From contig CAVQNT010000002.1 in the NCBI GenBank assembly GCA_963714275.1, positions 224,001 through 288,000 on the forward strand: a stretch of DNA of 64,000 bases. The letters are read 5' to 3'. Positions 9,463 through 19,949 of this stretch are shown piece by piece; position 1 is the stretch's first letter; each line of letters starts with the position of its first letter. Made by a program: the position numbers and the translations under genes. A model generated the notes under the pieces. The model searched no databases, had not been told where the DNA came from, and saw only the letters and a list, made by a program, of their open reading frames with translations. The DNA is from Candidatus Bathyarchaeota archaeon (lineage in GTDB: Archaea; Thermoproteota; Bathyarchaeia; Bathyarchaeales; DTEX01).

Positions 9463-11901
9463 TCACAAACGGTTTAGTTTTTCACCAGTTTTTAGGAGCT
9501 TGTCAGCAGCTAGTACGCAGAATATGTAGGTTGCGCTTCCGCCTATCACGTTTTCGGACTGCTGCCACAGGAACGGAAAGTTGTCCTTCAACTCTGGAAA
9601 GTCAGGTCGTACAAGCGCAGTCCCAGACACTACGCCACCGGGAATGTATGACCAGTCCGCCCTGTTCGTGCCGTAGGCTGATGTCAAAGAGCGTGCGCTG
9701 ACGCCTGAAACAAAAGACACGTTTGAGCCTGGGTGGCAGCCAAGAACATAGTGGACCGCGGCGAACAGGTTCTCAGGATCGAACAATTCGGGATATGCTT
9801 TGTTCAGGTAATACTGTTCCATCGCGTGCTCCAGAATTTCCCACCCGATGCCCCAAACCCTTCCAAACCTACTTTCCGTGGCTGGTATATGATACGGGTT
9901 CTTCATCAACGTTTCTTCCAGATTTGATTTATATTCCTTTATTGCTTCTTTCACGTCGCCAGCGAATTTTTCGTCCTTTAACAGTGGAAGAGCCCGTGCA
10001 ACAGCCCAACCGACCCTTTCAATGTTACCAGTTATCTTGGATTTCAGCTTCAACAAACGTTGCCGATATTTATCTTCACCAGTCGTTATAAGAAGCTCCA
10101 CAGCAGCATGGATCTCCTGGGTCTCATGTTGGTAGGCATATGAGCTACGCTGGACTACAGGAGGATGGGTCTGCTCGTGCTCCCATGCTTTAATAGCAGT
10201 TTCTAAGCATTCCCTAGCCAAATCGTCTTCGTAACCACGCAGTATTCTGCTTGAGGTTGCTAATGCTGTGATGACCTTGTATTCGATGGCTGTGTCATGG
10301 TTCGTGAAAGCCCACCTGTCGTCGAGTTTGCCTGACCGTTCGCCTGAAACCTCGCCAGAAGACAATGACGGATCGTAGACCTTGTTGTCCGTTATGAGAG
10401 AGCCGTCGCCAAGATGTACATACTGGTCTATTTGTCGTTCGATGATGCCCGAAAAACTGTGCCCAGCAGCACGGTAACCCGAAAGAAGGTTTTCGACGCC
10501 GTGGGCGACCTGCTGAACAATGTCGGGAACGCCGTCCGGAGTGTGCAGCAGCACCAACCGCTCGTCTTTGTTGACTGTCGTCTGATCGGTCTTAACGTCG
10601 AATTCTTCCCCAGCCAAAGCCAAAGTGAACGTGGTCTGAGCCTGCGAACCTGCCGCGAGGTCGTAGTCTCCAGCGTCATGCCACCCACCCTTGTTTAGTC
10701 CCGGTATGTGCTGGTCTGCAGAGTACGGGGTGTCAGTTGTCGGTCCCTGCTTGTAGCCATCGAAATGCACTTGTCCAGTTGGAGCCTGCAACGCGTCGTC
10801 TAGGTGGCAAGCGCCGTGCCAAACTTGGTAGCGGTCGTAAACCTTCATGTGGCACATCTGCACGGGAAAATAGGTTTCCAAGGTCGGTTGCCAAACGTCG
10901 TTGCTGTAAACGTCTCGGGAAATTCGGAACGGAGGAGTAGACTCGGACTCAAACTTAATCACGTACACTCCGTCTTCGCGAACATGACTGAAGTCGAAAA
11001 CAGCATAATTGTAATGTAGAAACTTTCCCCATTTTTTGGGCTGAGCTGAAAACACTTTGCTTAATCCTTTTTCGGAATCAACGCGTAAAAGTGTCGCCTC
11101 CCCAAAGTCTTGTGTTCCAGCGTCAAGTTCAATCACTGCCCGTTTACTCTGAGAGGGATGATAGCCGACCTGCGAGACTGCTATGACGGGTCCACGCCGC
11201 CATTCGGGGACGCTGTTAGGCGTTATCCGCCACTGCAAAGCGCCCTTCGTCCTGTTCGGAGGCAACACGGACCTTACGACGAACCATCCGTTCTGAACCG
11301 TGTTTCGGCCATCAAGCAACGTAATCTCTCCGTTGCCGATCTGTTCGATGACCATCCTGCGTAGAGGGTTCTCAGCTGCAACCGTAAGCCTTAATCCCCT
11401 AGCCATAGGAGCTGGCTCCAGACCTCCGTCGGGCATAGTCGCCATCGGACCATTCGCCTGTCTCGGGAAGACGCTGAACGTTGAGCCCAGATTGAACGTT
11501 TTTCCGAAGTAGGCTGGAGGAAACAGTTCCAGATTGAAGCTTGCTTTGCCTACTATCTCGTTGGGAAGCGGGCGGTCGAGGTCGACGCTTACGAGGACGG
11601 AGTCGCCTTCCGACTCGACATTGATAACGAAGCCATAATTGTGTTCGGGAAAGCTAAGGGGCACTTTTATTATGCCTTTGTCAACGTCTACTTCGCGTTT
11701 TCCAGCCTTAGGCACTCTTGACCATTGGCCGGGGGCAGGTTCCAGCCTGAGGTCGCCGTTTGTAGCGACGCGTTCGCCATGCTGGATTATTTCTATTCCG
11801 CCCTGTTTGCCTTCGGGGTAGGAGTTGTGGAAGACGAGGACTGACAAGCCCTTTGCTTCGAGGTATTCGAGCTCGTTTATTTTCCATCTTGTCTCTTTCA
11901 T
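9463..11901 (-). CDS. Glycoside hydrolase family 9 protein
   Basis: SQVGYHP (CelD-N Ig region), GGWHDAGDYD catalytic motif, C-terminal SENVI. Confidence 0.85.
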   Translation of the reverse strand: MKETRWKINELEYLEAKGLSVLVFHNSYPEGKQGGIEIIQHGERVATNGDLRLEPAPGQWSRVPKAGKREVDVDKGIIKVPLSFPEHNYGFVINVESEGDSVLVSVDLDRPLPNEIVGKASFNLELFPPAYFGKTFNLGSTFSVFPRQANGPMATMPDGGLEPAPMARGLRLTVAAENPLRRMVIEQIGNGEITLLDGRNTVQNGWFVVRSVLPPNRTKGALQWRITPNSVPEWRRGPVIAVSQVGYHPSQSKRAVIELDAGTQDFGEATLLRVDSEKGLSKVFSAQPKKWGKFLHYNYAVFDFSHVREDGVYVIKFESESTPPFRISRDVYSNDVWQPTLETYFPVQMCHMKVYDRYQVWHGACHLDDALQAPTGQVHFDGYKQGPTTDTPYSADQHIPGLNKGGWHDAGDYDLAAGSQAQTTFTLALAGEEFDVKTDQTTVNKDERLVLLHTPDGVPDIVQQVAHGVENLLSGYRAAGHSFSGIIERQIDQYVHLGDGSLITDNKVYDPSLSSGEVSGERSGKLDDRWAFTNHDTAIEYKVITALATSSRILRGYEDDLARECLETAIKAWEHEQTHPPVVQRSSYAYQHETQEIHAAVELLITTGEDKYRQRLLKLKSKITGNIERVGWAVARALPLLKDEKFAGDVKEAIKEYKSNLEETLMKNPYHIPATESRFGRVWGIGWEILEHAMEQYYLNKAYPELFDPENLFAAVHYVLGCHPGSNVSFVSGVSARSLTSAYGTNRADWSYIPGGVVSGTALVRPDFPELKDNFPFLWQQSENVIGGSATYIFCVLAADKLLKTGEKLNRL

Positions 11902-12044
11902 TTCCCATCAATCCATGTCTTTGTGCTGATTTTTCTTATTAAACTTGGGATACCTTCACAAAAATCCCTATGAGTCTTCGTTAGGCTTTTAAGCAGTCTA
12001 GTAGTTTATGTTTTGAATTTCGTGCATCCTATTGGTGAAAAGCA

Positions 12045-12566
12045 ATGTGCATACTAGGCAAAGATAAACTGGTTGAACTCATCGAAAAAAGCAGGTGCGT
12101 TTACCCGTTCGACATGAGCCTTCTGGATGGCGATGGCTATGTCCTCACAGTCAGGGACGAAACGACCCTTAACTACCTTGAACACAAGAACCTGATATCC
12201 AAAGAGGTCGTTTTCACCCCGCCCGACTACGTTGCCCACTTGACGGCGAAAAGCAAGTTCGGCAGAGTTGGACTGTCCTTCCTTAACGCGGCGAAGGTTC
12301 ACAGTGGCTTCGTTGGCAGACTCGCCTTGGAACTCGTTAACCTCAGCAACGAGAGGACGCCGATCACCATCAGGAAAGGCGACCCCCTGATTCACATCGA
12401 GTTCATAACACGAATCGGGAAGCCTTCGCCTTACATGGGAGAGTACCAGTTCCAGTACATGACTGACGAGGAAGTTCACATTTACGTTCCAATCTTGAAG
12501 GAAGTGTTCGCCAACTACGAGCAGCTAGCCAAAGTCTGGTTCAAAAACAAGCCCCTAAGAGAATAA
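12045..12566 (+). CDS. dcd: dCTP deaminase / dUTPase family
   Basis: AKSKFGRVGL, VHSGFVGRLALELVN and YMGEYQFQ. Confidence 0.85.
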   Translation: MCILGKDKLVELIEKSRCVYPFDMSLLDGDGYVLTVRDETTLNYLEHKNLISKEVVFTPPDYVAHLTAKSKFGRVGLSFLNAAKVHSGFVGRLALELVNLSNERTPITIRKGDPLIHIEFITRIGKPSPYMGEYQFQYMTDEEVHIYVPILKEVFANYEQLAKVWFKNKPLRE

Positions 12567-12639
12567 CGGAGCCAGAAAAAGGCTGGAAAACGAATGTTTT
12601 AAATATCTCTGTTTTCTGTATGCTCAGAGGAATGCAGCT

Positions 12640-13167
12640 ATGAAAGCACGTAACTACCGCGAAGTTAAGGGCGTCGCATACACTAGAACCAAGTACATTC
12701 ACGGAGCTCCCCTGTCCAAAATCGTGAAGTTCACGACGGGAGACCCTTCCAAGAAGTTTGAGTACAAGTTTATTTTGGTCGCCAATAAAAGGCTCCAGAT
12801 ACGGCACAACGCTTTAGAAGCAGCCCGAATCGCGGTGAACCGAGAACTGCAAGTGAAGCTTGGAGAAAACTTTTACATGCGTGTCTTGCCCTTGCCTCAT
12901 GTTGTGCTTCGCGAGAACAAGATGATTTTCGGAGCACATGCAGACAGGCTTCAGGACGGCATGAGGAAGTCTTTTGGTAAACCCATCGGAAGGGCAGCCC
13001 GAGTGGAGCCTGGTCAAACTTTAGTCGAGGCTTACGTTAACGAAGACGGGATTGACACCGCTAAGCTTGCTTTGAAAAGGGGAGAAGACAAGCTGCCCAC
13101 AACGTGCAGGATTGTTATGGAAAAAATTCCAAAACCAGATGTTAAGGTGAAAGAAGTTGCCAGCTGA
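12640..13167 (+). CDS. rpl10e: 50S ribosomal protein uL16 (archaeal L10e)
   Basis: ALEAARI, VLRENKM, ADRLQDGMRKSFGKPIGRAARV. Confidence 0.97.
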   Translation: MKARNYREVKGVAYTRTKYIHGAPLSKIVKFTTGDPSKKFEYKFILVANKRLQIRHNALEAARIAVNRELQVKLGENFYMRVLPLPHVVLRENKMIFGAHADRLQDGMRKSFGKPIGRAARVEPGQTLVEAYVNEDGIDTAKLALKRGEDKLPTTCRIVMEKIPKPDVKVKEVAS

Positions 13168-13181
13168 AGAAAGAAAAATTT

Positions 13182-15539
13182 GTGTTATGGTTCGACGAAA
13201 TCGGAATAGAAGACGTCCCAACGGTTGGAGGAAAAAGCGCCAGCCTAGGCGAAATGACCCAGAGGACAGGAGTCCCCGTGCCCTTCGGGTTCGCAACGAC
13301 CGCTAAGGCATTCTTTTACTATCTAACATTCAACCAGATTGATAAAAAAATGCCCGAGATTCTAGAGGAAATCAAAGACCCCAACGACACCAAGACCCTT
13401 CAGAGCGTCGGCGCAAGATTACGGAAAATGATTGCCACAGCGGATATGCCTGCTGACCTTGAGAAAGAGATAGTTGACGCGTACGCAACCCTTGCCAAGA
13501 AGGTTGGCGAAAAAGCGCCTTTCGTGGCGGTTCGCAGCTCAGCCACGGCTGAGGACCTTCCTGACGCAAGTTTCGCTGGTCAACAGGAAACTTACTTGAA
13601 TGTTCACACCTCGAAAGAAGTTGTTGAAAAAGTCAAAGAATGTTATTCAAGCCTGTTCACGGACAGAGCAATTTTTTACAGGATTCAGAAAGGTTTCGAC
13701 CACATGTCCATTGCCCTAAGCGCCGCTATTCAGCTCATGGCTTACAGCAAATCCAGCGGAGTCATATTCACGTTGGACGTTTCAAATGGCGACCGAAGCG
13801 TGGTGTTAGTCGAAGCTGGCTACGGACTAGGCGAATTCGTTGTTCAAGGCACGATTACGCCAGATGAGTATCTTATAAGAAAATCGGACCTCAGCATCGT
13901 GAAGAAGAACGTTCCGAAAAAGACCGTTCAGCTCGTCCGGATCCCGTCTGGAGGAACAGAAAAACGTTCCGTGCCATCAAACCTTCAGGACAAACAGGTT
14001 ATGACTGATGAGCAAATCATCGAATTAGCCAAGTACGCAATCGCCATAGAGCAGCATTACAAGAAGCCCATGGACATCGAGTGGGCTCTCGACGAAAGGA
14101 CGAACAAGCTCGTCATCCTTCAAGCACGCCCAGAAACAGTGTGGGCAACAAAGAAAGAAGAAGCAAAGACTGAAGAAAAAGTTACCACAACAACCGAAAG
14201 AAAAATCCTCGTTCAGGGACTTCCAGCCTCTCCAGGAATGGCTGCAGGCAAAGTCCACATAATTCCGACCACTGACAGAATCAACGAGTTCAATAAAGGA
14301 GAAATTTTGGTCACAGAGATGACTGCGCCAGACTGGGTTCCAGCCATGCGTAAGTCAGCCGCTATAGTCACAAACTCGGGAGGCATGACCTGCCACGCTG
14401 CCATAGTTTCACGTGAGCTCGGAATCCCGTGCATCGTAGGCACAGCGTCGCGCGGAAAACCCGCAACCGAGTCCATAACGGACGGCATCATGGTTACAGT
14501 CGATGCGAAGCTCGGAGTAGTCTACGAGGGCATACTTGAAGAGGCAACCAAAAAGGAGGCTCCCGTCGCAGCCGCCGTCGCCGAGTCATACATAGTCACT
14601 GGCACAAAGGTTTACGTGAACCTTGGAGAGCCCGAAATCGCCGAGAAAGTTGCAGCCTTACCCGCTGACGGCATCGGCTTGTTAAGGCAGGAGTTCGTCT
14701 GGACAAGCGAAATCGGCGAACACCCGCTTTACCTCATCGAATCTGGGCATCCAGAAAAAGTTGTTAACGGACTTGCAGAGGCTTTCAGAAAAATCTGCGC
14801 CGCATTCAATCCGAGACCTGTTATTATGCGTTTCAGCGACTTCAAGTCTTCCGAGTACAGAGACCTGAAGGGCGGAGATAAGTACGAGCCTGTTGAGCCT
14901 TCAGCCTTGATGGGTTGGAGGGGAGCGTCACGCTACTACGATCCCAAGTACATCGAAGGCTTCAAGCTTGAAGTAAAAGCCGTCAAAAAAGTCCGAGAAG
15001 AATATGGACTCAAAAACCTTCATGTCATGATTCCGTTCTGCAGGCGGGTCGAAGAAATGGAGAAAATCAGTAAAATCCTCGAAGAAGAAGGCTTAGTTAG
15101 AAGTCTAGACTTCAAAGTTTGGCTTATGGCTGAAATCCCAAGCAACTGCCTCGTCGCCGACAAATTCAACAAATACGTAGATGGATACAGCATCGGAAGC
15201 AACGACTTAACTATGACGATTCTGGGGTGTGACCGCGACAACGAAACCGTGGCTCACCTCTTCGACGAACGCGACCTCGCTGTAAAACGGGCAATCCGAC
15301 TGCTCATTAAACTTGCCCACCGCGACGGAAAAACGGTCAGCATCTGCGGACAAGCCCCAAGCGTCTACCCAGAGTTCACCGAGTTCCTCATCAAAAGCGG
15401 AATTGACAGCGTCTCAGTAAGCCCAGACGTGGTCGCTTCAACCCGCAAGCTCGTCGCAATGGTTGAACAACGCCTAATACTCGACAAAACCACAGGAAAA
15501 GGACTGGCTGAAGACCAAGACCTCGACATTCCAGCCTAA
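13182..15539 (+). CDS. ppsA: Phosphoenolpyruvate synthase (true start possibly TTG at ~13157 across an A-run indel)
   Basis: VGGKSASLGE, VAVRSSATAEDL, SFAGQQET, TCHAAIVSRELG, SIGSNDL, ICGQAPS. Confidence 0.97.
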   Translation: MLWFDEIGIEDVPTVGGKSASLGEMTQRTGVPVPFGFATTAKAFFYYLTFNQIDKKMPEILEEIKDPNDTKTLQSVGARLRKMIATADMPADLEKEIVDAYATLAKKVGEKAPFVAVRSSATAEDLPDASFAGQQETYLNVHTSKEVVEKVKECYSSLFTDRAIFYRIQKGFDHMSIALSAAIQLMAYSKSSGVIFTLDVSNGDRSVVLVEAGYGLGEFVVQGTITPDEYLIRKSDLSIVKKNVPKKTVQLVRIPSGGTEKRSVPSNLQDKQVMTDEQIIELAKYAIAIEQHYKKPMDIEWALDERTNKLVILQARPETVWATKKEEAKTEEKVTTTTERKILVQGLPASPGMAAGKVHIIPTTDRINEFNKGEILVTEMTAPDWVPAMRKSAAIVTNSGGMTCHAAIVSRELGIPCIVGTASRGKPATESITDGIMVTVDAKLGVVYEGILEEATKKEAPVAAAVAESYIVTGTKVYVNLGEPEIAEKVAALPADGIGLLRQEFVWTSEIGEHPLYLIESGHPEKVVNGLAEAFRKICAAFNPRPVIMRFSDFKSSEYRDLKGGDKYEPVEPSALMGWRGASRYYDPKYIEGFKLEVKAVKKVREEYGLKNLHVMIPFCRRVEEMEKISKILEEEGLVRSLDFKVWLMAEIPSNCLVADKFNKYVDGYSIGSNDLTMTILGCDRDNETVAHLFDERDLAVKRAIRLLIKLAHRDGKTVSICGQAPSVYPEFTEFLIKSGIDSVSVSPDVVASTRKLVAMVEQRLILDKTTGKGLAEDQDLDIPA

Positions 15540-15546
15540 AAGTAGG

Positions 15547-15570
15547 CTTTTCTCTCCTTTTTCTATTTTG
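15547..15570 (+). terminator. Oligo-T archaeal terminator after ppsA
   Basis: T-rich run CTTTTCTCTCCTTTTTCTATTTT just after the stop codon. Confidence 0.5.
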
Positions 15571-15746
15571 GGGAAAATAATTTAGTCAGCTAACCCGAAT
15601 GATACACAAATCAGACCAGTCTAAGGCTCAATAAATCAGAAAATGTTGATAGAAACAAGAAAAACCCATCGAAGCCATGAAACACAAGAGTCTTAGGCTT
15701 AAATCCTTGCACCTATCCAATATTAACATAAAAATAAGCATAATCC

Positions 15747-15768
15747 TGACAATGAACTGAAACTGTCA
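15747..15768. promoter_or_regulatory. Possible operator (TGACA-N12-TGTCA) upstream of the enolase-like gene
   Basis: Short inverted repeat between the AT-rich promoter and the start codon. Confidence 0.3.
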
Positions 15769-15792
15769 ATGCCTTAACAGGAGAGTCACCTA

Positions 15793-17061
15793 TTGGGTTC
15801 AAAAATAAAGTCTGTTCATGCCCGACAAATCTTTTCTGACCGTGGACACCCAGGAATTGAAGCTACCGTCACAACTGAAGATGGCAAAACAGGAACAGCA
15901 ATTGCCACATCGGGAGTGTCAATCGGAAAATACGAAGTCCAGTTCATCTACGACGGGGGAGAACGCTGGGCTGGAATGGGAGTCCAAAAAGCTGTAGATA
16001 ACGTCAACGCCATCATTGCCCCCGCAATAAAGGGCATAGACGCCACAAGACAACGAGAAATCGACGAAACAATGCTTAAACTGGACGGAACACCGAACAA
16101 AACAAAACTCGGAGGAAACGCCACCGCAAGCGTCTCAGCCGCAGCCCTAAAAGCAGGAGCCGCAAGCCTAGAAATCCCCCTGTACCAGCACATAGGTGGA
16201 GTCAACGCCTGTATATTACCAGTCGTCGGAGTGGTATGCGTTGTCGGGAGCGACAGGTACGGCGGAGGAAAACGGTCAGGCGGAAAACCGAGCTACGCAT
16301 TCATGGCTTACGGGTTCAAAACCTTCTCCGAAGCCTCATACGCGTGCTGGGACATCGAAAGACGGTTCAGCCAACTTGTTAACAAAAAACTCAAGGTCAA
16401 AATTTCGTCAGTCATGACGATGCCATTGGTTCCTTCTGGAGTAGTGAACAGCGATCGAGACCTCTGGGACCTAATGACAGACGCAATAAACAATGCGGGA
16501 TACAAAAACAAAATCGGAATACAAGTCGACATCGCAGCGGGAACCTACTACGAAACCGAAAAAGACAGATTCGTAGGCTTGTTCTCAAAGGAAGACAAGA
16601 CCAAAGAAGACCTCATCGAGCTTTACAAGGAGATGGTGAAGGACTACCCGTTCGTCATCGTCGAGGACCCGCTTGACGAGGTCGACTACGAGGGACACGC
16701 CACTTTAACACGGGAACTTGACATAGAAGTAGTTGGAGATGATCTCTTCACGACAAACATCGAACGGCTCAAACGCGGAATCGAAGCCAAAGCATGCAAC
16801 GCTGTGCTGCTGAAGGTTAACCAAATAGGAACAATCACCGAAGCCTTCGATATGGTCCATCTCGCCTACAGACATGGCTATGGAGTCATGCCCTGCAGCA
16901 GCAGAGGAGAAGGCGCAGACATAGCGGACTACGTTGTCGGCTTAAAAACGGGGCACATGAGAGAAGGAGGAACAGGACAAACAGCAAACCGATTGCTCCA
17001 AATTGAGGAAGAGCTCGGAAGCAACGCAAAATTCATAGGAAAAGCAGGCTTAAAACCCTAA
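15793..17061 (+). CDS. Enolase-family protein, divergent paralogue
   Basis: ARQIFSDRGHPGIE, KLGGNA, DIAA, EDP, VGDDLF and LLKVNQIG present. The canonical GGxH, QEF, GDEGG and HRS motifs are altered. Confidence 0.85.
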   Translation: MGSKIKSVHARQIFSDRGHPGIEATVTTEDGKTGTAIATSGVSIGKYEVQFIYDGGERWAGMGVQKAVDNVNAIIAPAIKGIDATRQREIDETMLKLDGTPNKTKLGGNATASVSAAALKAGAASLEIPLYQHIGGVNACILPVVGVVCVVGSDRYGGGKRSGGKPSYAFMAYGFKTFSEASYACWDIERRFSQLVNKKLKVKISSVMTMPLVPSGVVNSDRDLWDLMTDAINNAGYKNKIGIQVDIAAGTYYETEKDRFVGLFSKEDKTKEDLIELYKEMVKDYPFVIVEDPLDEVDYEGHATLTRELDIEVVGDDLFTTNIERLKRGIEAKACNAVLLKVNQIGTITEAFDMVHLAYRHGYGVMPCSSRGEGADIADYVVGLKTGHMREGGTGQTANRLLQIEEELGSNAKFIGKAGLKP

Positions 17062-17416
17062 AACCATAGATCTAAAGTATTCGTATAAAAATCTCAACTA
17101 GCTCAGCTAGATTGCACGCCGAGTTAACAAGAATCCGAAAGCGTCTCGCACGCAATCAAGCGGCTTCTCGAAAAAGGTCTCATAGTTGATTGTAAGGTTG
17201 TATGGTTTCAGTGGTTTACCAGCCAAATTATGACAACGAAAAAGTCCAAGCTTTATTGAACCTTCAAAAAACACTGAAAAAAATCAACCAATAACTCCTT
17301 TCTTCCTAAAAGATTAGTATGGTAAACACTAACTTAGAACACCATGCAAACACATTTTCACCCTACTAAAGGGATATTAGGTCGAAGGCATCAAGTAGGC
17401 TTGGGATGAGCAGAAA

Positions 17417-18499
17417 ATGGCAGATACAATTCTCGTCTACGTTGGCACATACACGTTCCGTAAAAGCGAAGGAATCTACGTGTTCCAGCTGGACCCGTCC
17501 ACAGGCGCCTTGAAACCCTCCAGCAAGGCTACGGGAATACAGAACCCGTCTTTTTTGGCGATTGAACCGCAACAAAAGTACCTTTACGCAGTCAACGAGA
17601 CCGCGGACTTCGAGGGCAAACCCTCAGGTGCAGTAAGCGCCTTCTCTATTGACCAGGAAACGGGCGAACTGTCACTGCTTAACAGCAAACCCTCTCTTGG
17701 ATTACACCCATGTTATGTCTGTGTGGACAAAACAGGCAAATTTGTGCTCGTGGCAAACTACTCAAGCGGAAACGTTTCCGTGTTGCCCGTAAAAAGGGAC
17801 GGAAGCCTAGGCGACGCAGCTGACTTTGTTCAGCATCACGGTTCAGGCGTTGACCTGAAACGGCAGGAAGGACCCCACGCGCATTCCGTAACCTTGGATG
17901 AAGCCAACAAATACGCGTTCGTGGCGGACCTTGGGCTAGACAAAATCATGGTTTACAGGTTCGATTCAAACCTAGGAAAACTGACACCAAACGACGAACC
18001 GTGGACAAAAATCCATTCTGGCGCTGGTCCGCGCCACTTCGCCTTCCACCCAAACGGCAAATACGCTTACTTAATTAACGAGCTGGACTCCACGATAACA
18101 GCGTTCAACTATGACGTAGAACACGGCACACTGAAGGAGATGCAGACAGTTCCCGCGCTTCCTAAAGATTTTAAAGGCACAAGCCACTGCGCAGACATAC
18201 ACATCGCCCCGTCTGGAAAGTTTCTATACGGGTCAAACCGCGGTCACAACAGCATCGTCATATACGCTATAGATGAAACCACAGGCAAACTTGCTTACGT
18301 AGGTCATGAGCCGACGCAGGGCAAAACGCCACGAAACTTTGCCATTGACCTTGCGGGCAATCTTCTGTTAGCTGCAAACCAAGACACTGACACCATCGTG
18401 CCCTTAAAGATAAACCAGCAAACGGGGCAATTAGCAGCAACAGGAAAAGTAACCAAAGTACCGATACCTGTATGCTTGAAAATGATGCGTATCTCCTAG
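17417..18499 (+). CDS. pgl: 6-phosphogluconolactonase (lactonase beta-propeller)
   Basis: YVGTYT, ANYSSG, RQEGPHAH, GAGPRH, SNRGHNS and PRNF. Confidence 0.9.
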   Translation: MADTILVYVGTYTFRKSEGIYVFQLDPSTGALKPSSKATGIQNPSFLAIEPQQKYLYAVNETADFEGKPSGAVSAFSIDQETGELSLLNSKPSLGLHPCYVCVDKTGKFVLVANYSSGNVSVLPVKRDGSLGDAADFVQHHGSGVDLKRQEGPHAHSVTLDEANKYAFVADLGLDKIMVYRFDSNLGKLTPNDEPWTKIHSGAGPRHFAFHPNGKYAYLINELDSTITAFNYDVEHGTLKEMQTVPALPKDFKGTSHCADIHIAPSGKFLYGSNRGHNSIVIYAIDETTGKLAYVGHEPTQGKTPRNFAIDLAGNLLLAANQDTDTIVPLKINQQTGQLAATGKVTKVPIPVCLKMMRIS

Positions 18500-18597
18500 T
18501 ACGAAAAGCTAATCAAAATTTTTCGTCAACGCACTGATTATTTCTATAATAACTGAGTTTACTATGTATTTATATATTCGATCATCCTAAGTATTGT

Positions 18598-19833
18598 GTG
18601 AGAAATATGGCACAAAGACAAAGGCTTCAGTATTTGGAAGAAATAGCACCCTCCACTAAACGTTCATACCAACTTGGCTTAAGAAGCTTCTTTAAAGTTG
18701 TGTATGATATAGTGGAAAAGGACGATGAAAAAGTTGATATAGACTTAAACAAATTTTCCGATAAATATTTTGAAGATAAGAGGAATGTTGAAGAGGACAT
18801 TGGAAAATTCTTAATAGCACTGAAGGAACGCCCACCAAAAAGCCAAAGATTGTTCATGTCAATCATTAGAACCTTCTTTGTTGAAAATGATGTTGAGTTA
18901 CCCGACAAATATTGGAGAAGGGCAAGTAAAAGGATACATGGGAATGGCGCAAGGACGGATGATAAAGTACCAACGAATGAGGAACTCAAAAGACTTATTA
19001 TGAACATGCCCCTCAATGGGAAGGCACTATTTTTGACACTAGCATCAAGTGGCATAAGGATTGGTGAGGCATTAAGTCTGGAAATGGATGACATTTATCT
19101 CAATGAGGTACCTGCGAGGATACACATTAGGGGAGAGAACTCTAAAAATGGGAATGGAAGAACAACATTCGTTTCAAGTGAGGCAAAGGAATTACTTGAG
19201 GAATATCTACAGAATAGGGACAGATATTTGGACATAGCCTCCAAACGTAGTAGATTTGGTAAAAATAAAGAGGACAAAAGACTCTTTCCATTTGAGCAAA
19301 CAACGGCACAAGTCTTATGGACAGGCGCAATTGACAAATCCAATCTTAATGGACGTGACAAAGGCACAAATCGGCACGTATTCCATCCACATGTACTGAG
19401 GAAATTCTTTAGGTCAAAAATGTCCCAAATGGTTCAAGTTGACATAGTTGAAGCACTAATGGGTCACGCTGGATACTTGACCAGTGAGTACCGAAAATAT
19501 TCAGATGAGGACTTGGCAAAGGCATACACTTTTGGTGAATCCACTGTAATGGTTTTTGGGAACGTAGAGAAGGTCACTGAACTACAGCAAACGGTAGAGA
19601 CAACAAAGAATCAGCTCCAAAACTTAGTCAATGGTTTAGTCACTGAGAATTTGGCACTTAAACAAAGAGTCAATCAAATCGAAGAGGGCTGGAAAAAGCA
19701 AGAGTTCCTTTACAACAAACTGGAAAAAATAATCGGTGAAAAGGAAGCAGAGATGGAAGTTTTTAGAGCCTTCTTAGCAGAGGACAAAAAGAGGAAGGAG
19801 CTAAGAGGAAGAACGACAGAAGAATGCTCTTGA
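18598..19833 (+). CDS. Tyrosine recombinase/integrase (intact)
   Basis: SSGIRIGE (R), SKNG (K), HPHVLRK (HxxR), MGH, EYRK (Y); C-terminal coiled coil. Confidence 0.93.
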   Translation: MRNMAQRQRLQYLEEIAPSTKRSYQLGLRSFFKVVYDIVEKDDEKVDIDLNKFSDKYFEDKRNVEEDIGKFLIALKERPPKSQRLFMSIIRTFFVENDVELPDKYWRRASKRIHGNGARTDDKVPTNEELKRLIMNMPLNGKALFLTLASSGIRIGEALSLEMDDIYLNEVPARIHIRGENSKNGNGRTTFVSSEAKELLEEYLQNRDRYLDIASKRSRFGKNKEDKRLFPFEQTTAQVLWTGAIDKSNLNGRDKGTNRHVFHPHVLRKFFRSKMSQMVQVDIVEALMGHAGYLTSEYRKYSDEDLAKAYTFGESTVMVFGNVEKVTELQQTVETTKNQLQNLVNGLVTENLALKQRVNQIEEGWKKQEFLYNKLEKIIGEKEAEMEVFRAFLAEDKKRKELRGRTTEECS

Positions 19834-19949
19834 AGCTACAAAAGATGATTAATAGTATCTGCTTTAGTATCGTAAACCAGTATGTATCAAAGTTTTCGAA
19901 TCAGCAGAGTTTGAGCTGTAAATAGAGCTGTAAATATTGAGGTTTTGAG

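Noticed and set aside
9723-16532. Many antisense or overlapping ORFs in the ORF track (e.g. 9723-10091, 12054-12479, 14213-14491)
   Set aside because: They are shadows of well-supported genes on the other strand or frame.
18598-19833. Classical integron integrase with attC sites
   Set aside because: No IntI-specific insertion recognised, and no RYYYAAC...GTTRRRY hairpins seen between cargo genes.
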